From the NCBI GenBank assembly GCA_964631145.1, contig CAZVXT010000001.1, positions 191,151 through 255,150 of the forward strand: DNA of 64,000 bases, read 5' to 3'. Positions 48,771-57,630 of this stretch are shown one piece after another (positions within the stretch are counted from its first letter, which is position 1; the number at the start of each line of letters is the position of its first letter). The notes under the pieces are model-generated. The model saw only the letters and a list, made by a program, of their open reading frames with translations. It had not been told where the DNA came from and made no database searches. Origin of the DNA: an uncultured Candidatus Saccharibacteria bacterium. Its GTDB lineage: Bacteria; Patescibacteriota; Doudnabacteria; UBA920. The position numbers and the translations under genes are program-made.

Positions 48771-50159
48771 TTGATGAAGTTAAGTTATGCGAGCGCTTTT
48801 TGTTTTGGAGTAATTTTGGCAGTCACCAGTAATTATTTGGGGCTGGAGGTTTATACGCTTATCTTATTAACTTTAACTGTATTACTAAACTATTTTTTGT
48901 GGCATGTAATTAAACTAAAGTATATAAAATGGTGGATTGTTTGTATTTGTGGGTTTATAATATGTTGTACTGTTGTTTATTATGACGAATATAATAATTC
49001 CAAAATAACTATCCATTACGGTGATTATATAAATACTCAGGCAAAAATTAGATATGTTTCATCATCCGAATATGATTCAACTTTGTATATTTGTCCAACT
49101 GATAATAAGTATTGTTTATTAGCAAAAGTATATAATAGTACGCAGTATAATATAGGTGATTTTGTTTGGATAAAAGGGCAATTAAAAGAGATTTCTAATT
49201 TTTCAGATTTTGACTATCGAAAATATTTATTAGCTAAGGATGTTTATGCAGAGATAAAAAAGCCACAAGTTGTGGTTTTGAGACAAGGCGATAATAAGTT
49301 GTTTATACTGAGAACGAAAGTTATTCAAAAAATTAGATTAGTTTATAATAACAAATTTGGAACAGATCGAGGAGTTATTTTAACTGCTATGATTTTTGGG
49401 ATAGACGATGGTTTGTCTAAAAATATTAAATCTCTATTTCAAACTAGCGGCTTAACTCATGTGTTGGTTGTATCTGGATTTAACTTAACTATTATCGCTC
49501 AAAGTTTAGAAGTATTTGGTAGATATATTGGAAGAAAAAACGTAGATAGGATATCAATTTTTTTAATTATCATCTATGCATTTTTGGTAGGGTTATCGGC
49601 AACTGTCGTTAGAGCTTTTATCATGAGCACGCTAGCCTTGATTGGAAGGCTGTTGAATAGACCTAGTTACGGTCTTTCAAATCTATTTTGGGCAACTGCA
49701 TTGATGTTAATTTTTAACCATAATTATTTATTTTATGATATTGGATTTCAGTTGAGCACTTTGGCAACTTTAGGAATATTGATAATGTCTAGTTTGTATA
49801 GTAATCGTAAAAACTCATTGTTTATAGATGGTGCGTTTACAACATTTGCCGCAACTATATTTACTTTGCCAATTATATCATTATACTTTGGAACAGTTAG
49901 CATTTGGTCCGTATTTATTAATACTATAGTTTTGCCAATAATTCCTTGGATAATGCTATGTGGAATTTTGTCTATATTGCCACTATTAGGTGTAGTATTT
50001 ACTTATTTAGCAGGTCTTTTGATAAATCTACTGCTGTTATTGTTAAATTATTTAAATCAGCACATTTTGCTTCAGATTAATTTTAAAATAAATTTTAATT
50101 TTTTATTTATATATTACTTTGTATTAATCGTGCTAATTTATTTCTTAAAAAAAACTTGA
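48771..50159 (+). CDS. comEC: ComEC/Rec2-family DNA internalisation channel protein (competence domain only, no C-terminal metallo-beta-lactamase domain)
   Basis: Polytopic membrane protein; conserved block GLTHVLVVSGFNLTII ... SATVVRAF, typical of the ComEC competence domain. Confidence 0.7.
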   Translation: MMKLSYASAFCFGVILAVTSNYLGLEVYTLILLTLTVLLNYFLWHVIKLKYIKWWIVCICGFIICCTVVYYDEYNNSKITIHYGDYINTQAKIRYVSSSEYDSTLYICPTDNKYCLLAKVYNSTQYNIGDFVWIKGQLKEISNFSDFDYRKYLLAKDVYAEIKKPQVVVLRQGDNKLFILRTKVIQKIRLVYNNKFGTDRGVILTAMIFGIDDGLSKNIKSLFQTSGLTHVLVVSGFNLTIIAQSLEVFGRYIGRKNVDRISIFLIIIYAFLVGLSATVVRAFIMSTLALIGRLLNRPSYGLSNLFWATALMLIFNHNYLFYDIGFQLSTLATLGILIMSSLYSNRKNSLFIDGAFTTFAATIFTLPIISLYFGTVSIWSVFINTIVLPIIPWIMLCGILSILPLLGVVFTYLAGLLINLLLLLLNYLNQHILLQINFKINFNFLFIYYFVLIVLIYFLKKT

Positions 50160-50206
50160 AAAAAACTGAAAACTTGTTAAAATAAAAGAAATTAACGTAA
50201 TAATTA

Positions 50207-50932
50207 ATGGACAAAAAATATATTATCACCATATTAGCTGCAATAGTTTTAGCAGTTTTAGGTTGGTGGTTTTTTAGTCGGGATAGTAAAAAAATGACTG
50301 AAGATTCTTCAACTCAAACACAGCAGCAAACAGCTGATAATCAGACAAATAATAATCAGGATCAAGTGGTTCAGAATGAAACATCTACTGCACCTGGATC
50401 TTGCGTTCGCAATTATAAGACTGGTGACGAGAAAAAAGTTACTTTAACAGGAACAGAAAAATTTGTCACTTTATCAGTTGCAGGTTTTGGAGATATTAAA
50501 ATTGAAGTTAATAAAATAGATGCACCAAAAACTTCTGAAAATTTCTTAAGACTTGCTAAAAGTGGTTTCTATGATTGTTTAAGTTTTCATAGAGTTGCAA
50601 AAGGTTTTGTAATTCAAGGTGGTGATCCAGAGGGAACTGGTGCTGGCGGTCCTGGATATAATCTTCCGGCAGAAATTAAATTAAAGCATGTTAAAGGTGC
50701 TATTGCTATGGCAAGACAGGGTGATCAAGTTAATCCAAAACGTGAATCTTCTGGCAGTCAGTTCTATATTGCATTAGAAGAATTGCCAATGCTCGATGGT
50801 CAATATACGGTATTTGGAAATGTGGTAAGTGGTATGGATGTAGTTACTAAAATTGGTAATGTTCAAATTGTTGGTAGTAACGATGGTCCTCCGGTAGAAG
50901 ATGTTATTATTTCTAAAGCAGTAATTAGTTAA
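50207..50932 (+). CDS. Peptidyl-prolyl cis-trans isomerase (cyclophilin type), membrane-anchored with a Q/N-rich linker
   Basis: FHRVAKGFVIQGGDPEGTGAGGPGY ... QFYIAL ... FGNVVSGMDVV cyclophilin signatures; N-terminal TM helix. Confidence 0.85.
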   Translation: MDKKYIITILAAIVLAVLGWWFFSRDSKKMTEDSSTQTQQQTADNQTNNNQDQVVQNETSTAPGSCVRNYKTGDEKKVTLTGTEKFVTLSVAGFGDIKIEVNKIDAPKTSENFLRLAKSGFYDCLSFHRVAKGFVIQGGDPEGTGAGGPGYNLPAEIKLKHVKGAIAMARQGDQVNPKRESSGSQFYIALEELPMLDGQYTVFGNVVSGMDVVTKIGNVQIVGSNDGPPVEDVIISKAVIS

Positions 50933-50935
50933 TAT

Positions 50936-51442
50936 ATGGATACTATAGAAAGAACTTTAGTTTTACTTAAACCAGATGCAGTTGAGCGCGGGTTATCTGG
51001 CGAGATTTTACAGCGTTTTGAAAGAGTTGGTTTGAAAATTGTTGGTATGAAAATGTTGTTACCAACTCATGAGCATGCTTCTGGACACTATACAGAAGAC
51101 TTGGCAATTCGCCGTGGCGAACATGTTAGAAATTTAATGATTGATATGCTTAAATCTGGACCTGTAGTCGCAATAGTTTTAGAAGGTATTGAAGCGGTAG
51201 AATTAGTAAGAAAGATGATTGGTTCTACAGAACCAAAATCTTCGCCTCCTGGAACAATTAGAGGTGATTATTCTCATGTATCTTTTAAGCATACAGATGC
51301 TCATAATAGCAAGTTGTACAATTTGATTCATGGTTCTGCAAATGTCGAAGAAGCAAACGCGGAAATTGCGGTCTGGTTTAACCAAGATGAATTGGTTGAT
51401 CATCAACCAAATTATACGAAGCATACTCTAAATAAAGATTAG
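50936..51442 (+). CDS. ndk: Nucleoside diphosphate kinase
   Basis: ERTLVLLKPDAVERGL ... NLIHGSANVEEANAEIAVWF; active-site His present. Confidence 0.9.
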   Translation: MDTIERTLVLLKPDAVERGLSGEILQRFERVGLKIVGMKMLLPTHEHASGHYTEDLAIRRGEHVRNLMIDMLKSGPVVAIVLEGIEAVELVRKMIGSTEPKSSPPGTIRGDYSHVSFKHTDAHNSKLYNLIHGSANVEEANAEIAVWFNQDELVDHQPNYTKHTLNKD

Positions 51443-51448
51443 CTTACT

Positions 51449-51477
51449 AAAAGCACTGAATATCAGTGCTTTTTATA
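51449..51477 (+). terminator. Rho-independent terminator
   Basis: AAGCACTGA-atat-CAGTGCTT followed by TTTTATATT. Confidence 0.7.
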
Positions 51478-51541
51478 TTGACTATAGATATCATTTTTGC
51501 TAAAATTGTAATCTAAAATATTTAAAAATTTAGGAGGTTTT

Positions 51542-51865
51542 ATGAAAAAAGATAAAAAAATTCCCATCATTGATTTTAATGGGAAAAATTATTTTGCTGG
51601 ACGTGACCCAGTGGGGGAAGAAATGGCAAGTCAAAAGTTTGTTGAGTCTGAAAAACTTGGTAAAAAATTATTTGAATTAAAACAAATTTTTGGTCCACTT
51701 GTCGGAGAGATTTCTACATCTTTAAGTTGGGAAGAGTTACCTAATAGCACCAAAAATTTATGGATGAATATCGCTGCTCAGGTTATTAAAGAAAAAGATT
51801 TTTTAATTCCAAAAGATAAGGTTGTAGAAGTTTCTGCACAGCAATTTAGTGGGTGTCATAAATAA
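51542..51865 (+). CDS. Hypothetical protein
   Basis: TAGGAGG SD 5 nt before the ATG; 107 aa. Confidence 0.45.
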   Translation: MKKDKKIPIIDFNGKNYFAGRDPVGEEMASQKFVESEKLGKKLFELKQIFGPLVGEISTSLSWEELPNSTKNLWMNIAAQVIKEKDFLIPKDKVVEVSAQQFSGCHK

Positions 51866-51867
51866 AA

Positions 51868-51898
51868 TAAAGCGTGAAAATTTCACGCCTTTTATTAT
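51868..51898. terminator. Bidirectional terminator (hypothetical gene + / RelA-SpoT gene -)
   Basis: GCGTGAA-aat-TTCACGC flanked by A/T runs. Confidence 0.6.
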
Positions 51899-53415
51899 TT
51901 CTTTCTAAAAAAAGTAGGTATACCTGGAAGTTTGGAGCTTATATCCTTCATTTTAATTTCTCGGATGCGTTGGAATATACCTTTATCATGTTCAGCTAGG
52001 TACTTGCGAATATGCCCGCGGGCATGACTTGTTTTAGCAGATGTGAGCCAGTCACGAGAAATGGTTGCAGGCTTTTTGCTTTTCAAGATTTCTACCACAT
52101 CGCCCTGATCAAGTTCGTCATAGATGCTAGCCATTTTCCCATTTATTTTTGCACCCATCATGGTCATTGCTAAGTCCGAATGAACCGAGAAAGCAAAATC
52201 TATAACACTCGCGTTGCGGGGTAGATCTTTTACATCACCTTTTGGCGTCAGTACAAAAATCCTGTCTTTAAAGAAATCTATTTTCAGTCCTTCTAAAAAT
52301 TCATCTGGGTTGCCGGTGGTTTCTTCTTGCCAAGCCCGAAGTTCTTTAAACCAATTATCTCCGCGTCTAATAAAGTCGCTCTTGCCTTGCTCTTCATAAA
52401 ACCAATGGGCGGCAATACCGCGCTCAGCTGATTCGTCCATTAAGTCTGTGCGAAGTTGAATCTCAAACACCAGTCCATCTTTATCTAATACTGTTGTGTG
52501 TAAGCTTTGATATCCATTTGGTTTTGGTATGACTATAAAATCCTTTACTCTGTCTGGTACCGGTTGAAAGTGTTTATGAATGATTCCTAAGGCAGCGTAA
52601 CAATCTGCGGATGATTTGGTAATAACTCGCAATGCAACAATATCATTGATTTTTGAAATATCATTATTATATCTTCCAAGTTTTTTGTACAAAGAGTAAA
52701 TACGTTTTGTTCTTCCGGTTATGGTTTTAAACTTTATACCTTCCTGTCTTAATATAGAGCCTAGTTGTTTTTGCATCGTTTTGATGCTTTTTTGATTGGC
52801 ATTAATTTTTTCATCCAAAGTTTGTTTGGTTTGGCGGTAGTTTTTTTCATCTACTATCGCAAAAGCTAAATCTTCTAATTCATCTTTCCAAATTCCAATA
52901 CCCAAACGTCCAGCTATGGGAGCATACATATCTAAAGTCTCTGTGGCAATTTTTGTCTGCTTATCTTTTGGAAGATGTTCTATGGTTCTCATGTTATGCA
53001 ATCGATCTGCTAGCTTGACCATCATGACTCTAATATCTTGGCTTGTAGCCATGAACATCTTTCTTAAATTTTCTACATAGTATTCATCTCGACTATTAAG
53101 TAGTCTAACGTGTCCTAATTTTGTTACACCATCAACTAACCTAGCAACATCTTCGCCAAAGTTTTTTTCTAATTCTTCTTTTGTGACTTTCGTGTCTTCT
53201 GTAATATCATGGAGTATGGTTGCACAAATTGTAGTGCAGTCCGGAAAAATTTGCCCCAAAATTATAGCTGCCTGAATTGGATGGGTTATAAAATCATCAC
53301 CACTTTTGCGTTTTTGTCCGTCATGAGCACCTCGGGCAAATTTAATAGCCTTGTTTATAACAAGCTTTTCTTCTTCAGAAAATTGGTGTGGTATTGATTT
53401 ATAGAATTCGTCCAT
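51895..53415 (-). CDS. RelA/SpoT-homolog (p)ppGpp synthetase/hydrolase (HD + synthetase + TGS; no ACT domain)
   Basis: HD motif (HDITEDT), RelA/SpoT synthetase domain (YQSLHTTV), TGS region (IFVLTPKGDVKDLP...); 506 aa. Confidence 0.85.
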   Translation of the reverse strand: MDEFYKSIPHQFSEEEKLVINKAIKFARGAHDGQKRKSGDDFITHPIQAAIILGQIFPDCTTICATILHDITEDTKVTKEELEKNFGEDVARLVDGVTKLGHVRLLNSRDEYYVENLRKMFMATSQDIRVMMVKLADRLHNMRTIEHLPKDKQTKIATETLDMYAPIAGRLGIGIWKDELEDLAFAIVDEKNYRQTKQTLDEKINANQKSIKTMQKQLGSILRQEGIKFKTITGRTKRIYSLYKKLGRYNNDISKINDIVALRVITKSSADCYAALGIIHKHFQPVPDRVKDFIVIPKPNGYQSLHTTVLDKDGLVFEIQLRTDLMDESAERGIAAHWFYEEQGKSDFIRRGDNWFKELRAWQEETTGNPDEFLEGLKIDFFKDRIFVLTPKGDVKDLPRNASVIDFAFSVHSDLAMTMMGAKINGKMASIYDELDQGDVVEILKSKKPATISRDWLTSAKTSHARGHIRKYLAEHDKGIFQRIREIKMKDISSKLPGIPTFFRKK

Positions 53416-53517
53416 AATTTAAGTATAGCAAAATAAAAATTTAACCCATTATTTATGAGAGAAACTATTGCCGTTGCACAAGTTTGCTATACTATAGTTA
53501 AGTAAAAATCTTTATTT

Positions 53518-53940
53518 ATGTCTTATTTAAAATCATTTTTTATTGTAGGAGTTTTGGGCACCATTGGAATGTTTTCTATTTGGGTGCTTTTATTTATAGC
53601 TATTATGGTGTTGTCTTTGATGTTTCCAAAGGGGTTATTTTTTGTGGATTTAAAGTCGTTGTCGTGGACTTTTTATGAATACCCAGCTTTGTTTATATTA
53701 AATATTTTATTGGCTTGCGGTGCTATGTTTTTGATAGGTTCTTATGGAGCTAGTTTTTCTAAAGACAACTTTAGATATCTTCATGGATTTTTAGCTTCTA
53801 TTATTCCTATATTAGGATTTATTTATTTTATTTTGCTTCATCCAGAAATCGGCAGTGCGGGCAATATTGCTATTGTATTAGCTTTTATTGTCTCTGCTTT
53901 ACTTGGTGCTAGATTGCTCAAATTAAATTTGTCTATATAA
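53518..53940 (+). CDS. Hypothetical integral membrane protein (4 TM)
   Basis: Hydrophobic 140-aa protein; coupled to mutM by an ATGA overlap. Confidence 0.4.
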   Translation: MSYLKSFFIVGVLGTIGMFSIWVLLFIAIMVLSLMFPKGLFFVDLKSLSWTFYEYPALFILNILLACGAMFLIGSYGASFSKDNFRYLHGFLASIIPILGFIYFILLHPEIGSAGNIAIVLAFIVSALLGARLLKLNLSI

Positions 53941-54866
53941 TGCCAGAATTACCAGAAGTTGAGACAGTTGTTAGAGAGCTCAATAAAAAATTAAAAAATC
54001 ATGTGATTATTAAAATAGAGGTTAGGTCTCCTAAGTTAGTAAGTGTTGGACCTCAAACTGTTAGTAATATCCGTGATATTAAGCCATCAATAAAAAATAA
54101 ATTTATTAAACTTTTGACAGGAACCAAAATCACATCAGTTTCTAGACGGGGGAAAATGCTTATTTTTGATGTTGATGGTCCTTTGTGCATGCTTGCTCAT
54201 CTCAAAATGACAGGGCAGTTTATTTTTGAAGATCCGGTATTGGCTAAAAAAACCGGAAGTAAATATAGATTGTTAAATCGATTGTCTGCACCGCTTACCC
54301 AATTGCCATCTAAACATACGCATGTTATTTTTTCTTTTAAGGACGGCAGTACTTTATACTTTAATGATATTCGCCAATTTGGTTATCTGCGAGTTGTTGA
54401 AGATGAAGACTTGGATAAAGTAGTCGAATTTAAAATTTATGGACCAGAACCATTATCTAAACAATTTACTTTTGATAAATTTTTTGACGGGTTGAAAGGG
54501 CGAAAAAGCATAGCTATAAAGCTCGCTTTAATGGATCCAAAAGTTGTGGTGGGAATTGGTAATATTTATAGTGATGAAATTTTGTATCATGCCAAAATTA
54601 ATCCAAGTAGACGTGTGTCAAAATTAAACAAAGAAGAATTATCAGAAATATACAGACATGTTAAACCAGTATTAGAAATGGGTGTTAAGCATAAAGGTTC
54701 GAGTGTTGGAGATTTTATACGCACAGATGGAAAATGGGGAAGTATGGGCAAATATCATTTTGTATATGGACGTAAAGGAAAGGAGTGTAAAAATTGCGGC
54801 GCATCAATTATAAGCATTAAACTAGGGGGGAGAACTTCAAGTTACTGCCCTAATGAACAAATTTAA
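53940..54866 (+). CDS. mutM: Formamidopyrimidine-DNA glycosylase (Fpg/MutM)
   Basis: N-terminal PELPEVE catalytic signature, H2TH domain, C-terminal zinc finger (CKNCG...CPNEQ). Confidence 0.9.
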   Translation: MPELPEVETVVRELNKKLKNHVIIKIEVRSPKLVSVGPQTVSNIRDIKPSIKNKFIKLLTGTKITSVSRRGKMLIFDVDGPLCMLAHLKMTGQFIFEDPVLAKKTGSKYRLLNRLSAPLTQLPSKHTHVIFSFKDGSTLYFNDIRQFGYLRVVEDEDLDKVVEFKIYGPEPLSKQFTFDKFFDGLKGRKSIAIKLALMDPKVVVGIGNIYSDEILYHAKINPSRRVSKLNKEELSEIYRHVKPVLEMGVKHKGSSVGDFIRTDGKWGSMGKYHFVYGRKGKECKNCGASIISIKLGGRTSSYCPNEQI

Positions 54867-54879
54867 AATTTAAAAAGTT

Positions 54880-55068
54880 ATGGAATCAAATAATACACAA
54901 ACGCAAGAACAAATTTTGCAAGAAATTTTAATCAATACTCGAAAAACCAAAAATTATATTAAATGGCAATTAATTTTGACCATTATCATTATTGTATTAC
55001 CTATCATTGGAAGTGCACTTATAATTCCTTTTATCTTACAAGGTTTTACTGCTTTGTACCAAGGTTAG
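54880..55068 (+). CDS. Hypothetical small membrane protein (62 aa)
   Basis: Single TM helix; weak SD. Confidence 0.3.
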   Translation: MESNNTQTQEQILQEILINTRKTKNYIKWQLILTIIIIVLPIIGSALIIPFILQGFTALYQG

Positions 55069-55072
55069 TTTT

Positions 55073-55564
55073 ATGCCGCATATTCATGAAAAAATTGATT
55101 TCACGGCAACTGGATATATCGTTTATAATAGCAAGGTTTTATTAAGATATCATGATAAGCATAATATTTGGCTAGGTGTTGGCGGGCATATTGAGTTGGA
55201 TGAAAGCCCAGATGTTGCTATCGTAAGGGAGGCAAAAGAAGAGGCGGGTTTGGATACAATAATATATGGACAAACTTCGAATTTATTTGAAGATCATAGC
55301 CAAGACTTGCCAGTCCCATTTGCTCTTAATAGGCATCCTATAAATGAAGTTCATGATCATATAGATTTCATTTATGCATTGAAGGCTAATTCTGATATCA
55401 TCAGTCCAGGCGAGGGGGAAATTTTTAATCCTGAGTATTTTAAGTGGTTAAGTTTGCAAGAACTACAAGACTTCTCAGAAGTAGACAATAGGGTAAGAAG
55501 TCATGCGATGCAAGCTTTAAATATTGCAAAAAAATTAGATAATGCTTCAGCAACAAATTCTTAA
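55073..55564 (+). CDS. NUDIX hydrolase
   Basis: Canonical Nudix box GGHIELDESPDVAIVREAKEEAGL. Confidence 0.8.
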   Translation: MPHIHEKIDFTATGYIVYNSKVLLRYHDKHNIWLGVGGHIELDESPDVAIVREAKEEAGLDTIIYGQTSNLFEDHSQDLPVPFALNRHPINEVHDHIDFIYALKANSDIISPGEGEIFNPEYFKWLSLQELQDFSEVDNRVRSHAMQALNIAKKLDNASATNS

Positions 55565-56468
55565 TACAATTAAATATTTTGATTTCCAAGACCTGCCTTT
55601 AACAGCTGTTGAAGTATGGCAGTTTTTGATTGCCGATAAAGATTTGTTGGTAAGTAATATCAGTAGAAATTTTGACATTAACTCAGACTCGGATACAAAT
55701 AATATATATCATCAAAAATTTGCTTTAAGTTTAATTTATCAAGAATTACAGTCTTTGGTATCCAGCGGTCAATTAAAACAATCTTTAGGATTTTTTTGTT
55801 TACCTCAAAGTACTGAAAAGATTAACAGGAGATTAGTAAATTATCGCCACGGACTAAAACGTGAAAAGTTAATAAAGAGATATATAAAGTTTGTTCGCTA
55901 TCTCCCATTTATCCGTGGGGTTGCTTTGGGTGGTTCGCAAGCTTTTGGTTTGAATAAACCAAGCAGTGATATTGATTTACTAATATATACAGATCATAGG
56001 TTTATGTTTTTGGCTCGTACTATTTTGATGTTTTATTTTCAAATTTTTGGAGTACGCCGCCATGGTCTAAAAATTGCAAATAGGTTTTGCCTCAATCATT
56101 ATATTTCTATAATTCGTGAAGTAGACGTAGAAAAGAATTTATACAAAGCAGTAGAATATAGTAGGTTGAGATATTTGGTATATGGTCAATCTATTCAGGC
56201 TTTTCAAGTAGTTAATAAAAAATGGATAAACTTCTTTTTACCAAATTTAAATTTTGATTATTTATATTTTGATAATCAATCTACTTGGCAAGGAGTCATT
56301 GAGTTTTTGTTAAATAACAAGTTGGGTGCAATAATAGAAAAACACCTTGCTAAATGGCAAATTAAGCGCATCAAACAAGGTGAATATATTTTTGTCAAAG
56401 AAGATGAATTAAGTTTTCATCCAGAAAGCAAGCATGAAGATTTGCTAAAAAAGTTTTTTATCAACTAG
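55542..56468 (+). CDS. Nucleotidyltransferase-domain protein (Pol-beta superfamily; GS...DxD)
   Basis: ALGGSQAFGLNKPSSDIDLLIY NTase motif; overlaps the NUDIX gene by 23 nt (operon). Confidence 0.45.
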   Translation: MLQQQILNTIKYFDFQDLPLTAVEVWQFLIADKDLLVSNISRNFDINSDSDTNNIYHQKFALSLIYQELQSLVSSGQLKQSLGFFCLPQSTEKINRRLVNYRHGLKREKLIKRYIKFVRYLPFIRGVALGGSQAFGLNKPSSDIDLLIYTDHRFMFLARTILMFYFQIFGVRRHGLKIANRFCLNHYISIIREVDVEKNLYKAVEYSRLRYLVYGQSIQAFQVVNKKWINFFLPNLNFDYLYFDNQSTWQGVIEFLLNNKLGAIIEKHLAKWQIKRIKQGEYIFVKEDELSFHPESKHEDLLKKFFIN

Positions 56469-56519
56469 GTTTTAATGCTTCTTTAGCAGCTTTTATATTT
56501 ATTAAACCCGCAAGCATCA

Positions 56520-56735
56520 TTATGTCTTGAGCACAACTAGCCACCTCATGGCTTTATCCCTGTGTCCGGTATAGATATATTTTTCTATTCGCTGTAACAT
56601 AAACATTGCATGCGATAGCCATTTTTTATGGTCTTTACCTTTGTAGGATTTAGGTATTCGGTTGGCTTTAATATTGAATTTTTTAAGTATATCTATATGC
56701 TATTGTGCTGAAATAATTATTTTTCTTCGTTTCAT
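56520..56735 (-). pseudogene. Small ORF with a strong SD interrupted after 11 codons by an in-frame TAG (56702..56700); the reading frame continues for another 59 codons
   Basis: TATAGGAGG-acat-ATG AAA CGA AGA AAA ... CAA TAG, then in frame HIDILKKFNIKANRIPKSYKGKDHKKWLSHAMFMLQRIEKYIYTGHRDKAMRWLVVLKT*. Confidence 0.3.
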
Positions 56736-56777
56736 ATGTCCTCCTATAAACTTTTAAAGTATAACCTAATATATTTA

Positions 56778-56806
56778 ATAAAACCAGCTAAATAGCTGGT
56801 TTTATG
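56778..56806. terminator. Bidirectional terminator; the methyltransferase stop codon lies inside the stem
   Basis: AACCAGCTA-aat-AGCTGGTT. Confidence 0.55.
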
Positions 56807-57546
56807 CATTCTATAAATAGTATAATTGGAAATCTATGCAATCTATATTGTAAGTTATAATTTTCGCTGTCCTCTAAGCTTTGCAAATCTTCCAAAAAAT
56901 TAAATTTAAATCCAGATTCGTTTAGATGATTTAGATGTTCTGGTAGGGTGTAAAAATAACATTCCAAATTATCGTAAAATGTAAAATTTCTAATTTCATT
57001 TTTGTATTCAAAGTAAGGACGAAGTTTGAGTTTGGGTTTTTTAAATAAAATTCTTCCTAAGATTCCTCGTTTCCACACACCTACTGGAAAAGCATAGTAT
57101 GGGTTTACAAAGGTAAGTAGTAATTTTCCTCCGGGTTTGAGTATGCGTTTAAATTCTGTAAAAGTTTGCACTTGATTTTCTATGTCATGAGCAGCCATAC
57201 TCATTATAATGGTGTCAAAGTAATTGTCTTGATAATCTAAAGGCTTATTCAAATCTGCTGCAGTAAATTTTAAATCTGGATAAGTAAGCTTGGCATGATC
57301 CAAAAATGGACCTGAAGCATCTACACCTATAATGTTAGAAAATTCTGTGGCGAGTTTTGCGGTAAGCCATCCTGGTCCACAAGCTGCATCCAAAATGTTT
57401 TGATTTTTATCTTCACCAACCCTACGCCTAAAAGCTTGATAAAGAACTTTCTGAAAGTATTGTCCATCCTCAGAGCCTAAGAATTTTAAGTAGTTATTCG
57501 CTCCTTCTGGTGCATTATAAGAGTCTTTGCTGGTTTGATATTTCAT
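56788..57546 (-). CDS. Class I SAM-dependent methyltransferase (Methyltransf_11/25-like)
   Basis: ILDAACGPGWLT motif I and GVDASGPFLDHAK. Start chosen at Met 57546 (TATAAT 6 nt upstream, leaderless geometry); the track start at 57651 adds an unlikely hydrophobic extension without an SD. Confidence 0.6.
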   Translation of the reverse strand: MKYQTSKDSYNAPEGANNYLKFLGSEDGQYFQKVLYQAFRRRVGEDKNQNILDAACGPGWLTAKLATEFSNIIGVDASGPFLDHAKLTYPDLKFTAADLNKPLDYQDNYFDTIIMSMAAHDIENQVQTFTEFKRILKPGGKLLLTFVNPYYAFPVGVWKRGILGRILFKKPKLKLRPYFEYKNEIRNFTFYDNLECYFYTLPEHLNHLNESGFKFNFLEDLQSLEDSENYNLQYRLHRFPIILFIECIKPAI

Positions 57547-57630
57547 AATTTTATTATACCGACTACCAGGGTTCTTTACAAAAAATGAGAAGGTTGATAT
57601 AGTCATGAGAATCATAAGGAGGTAGTAAAT

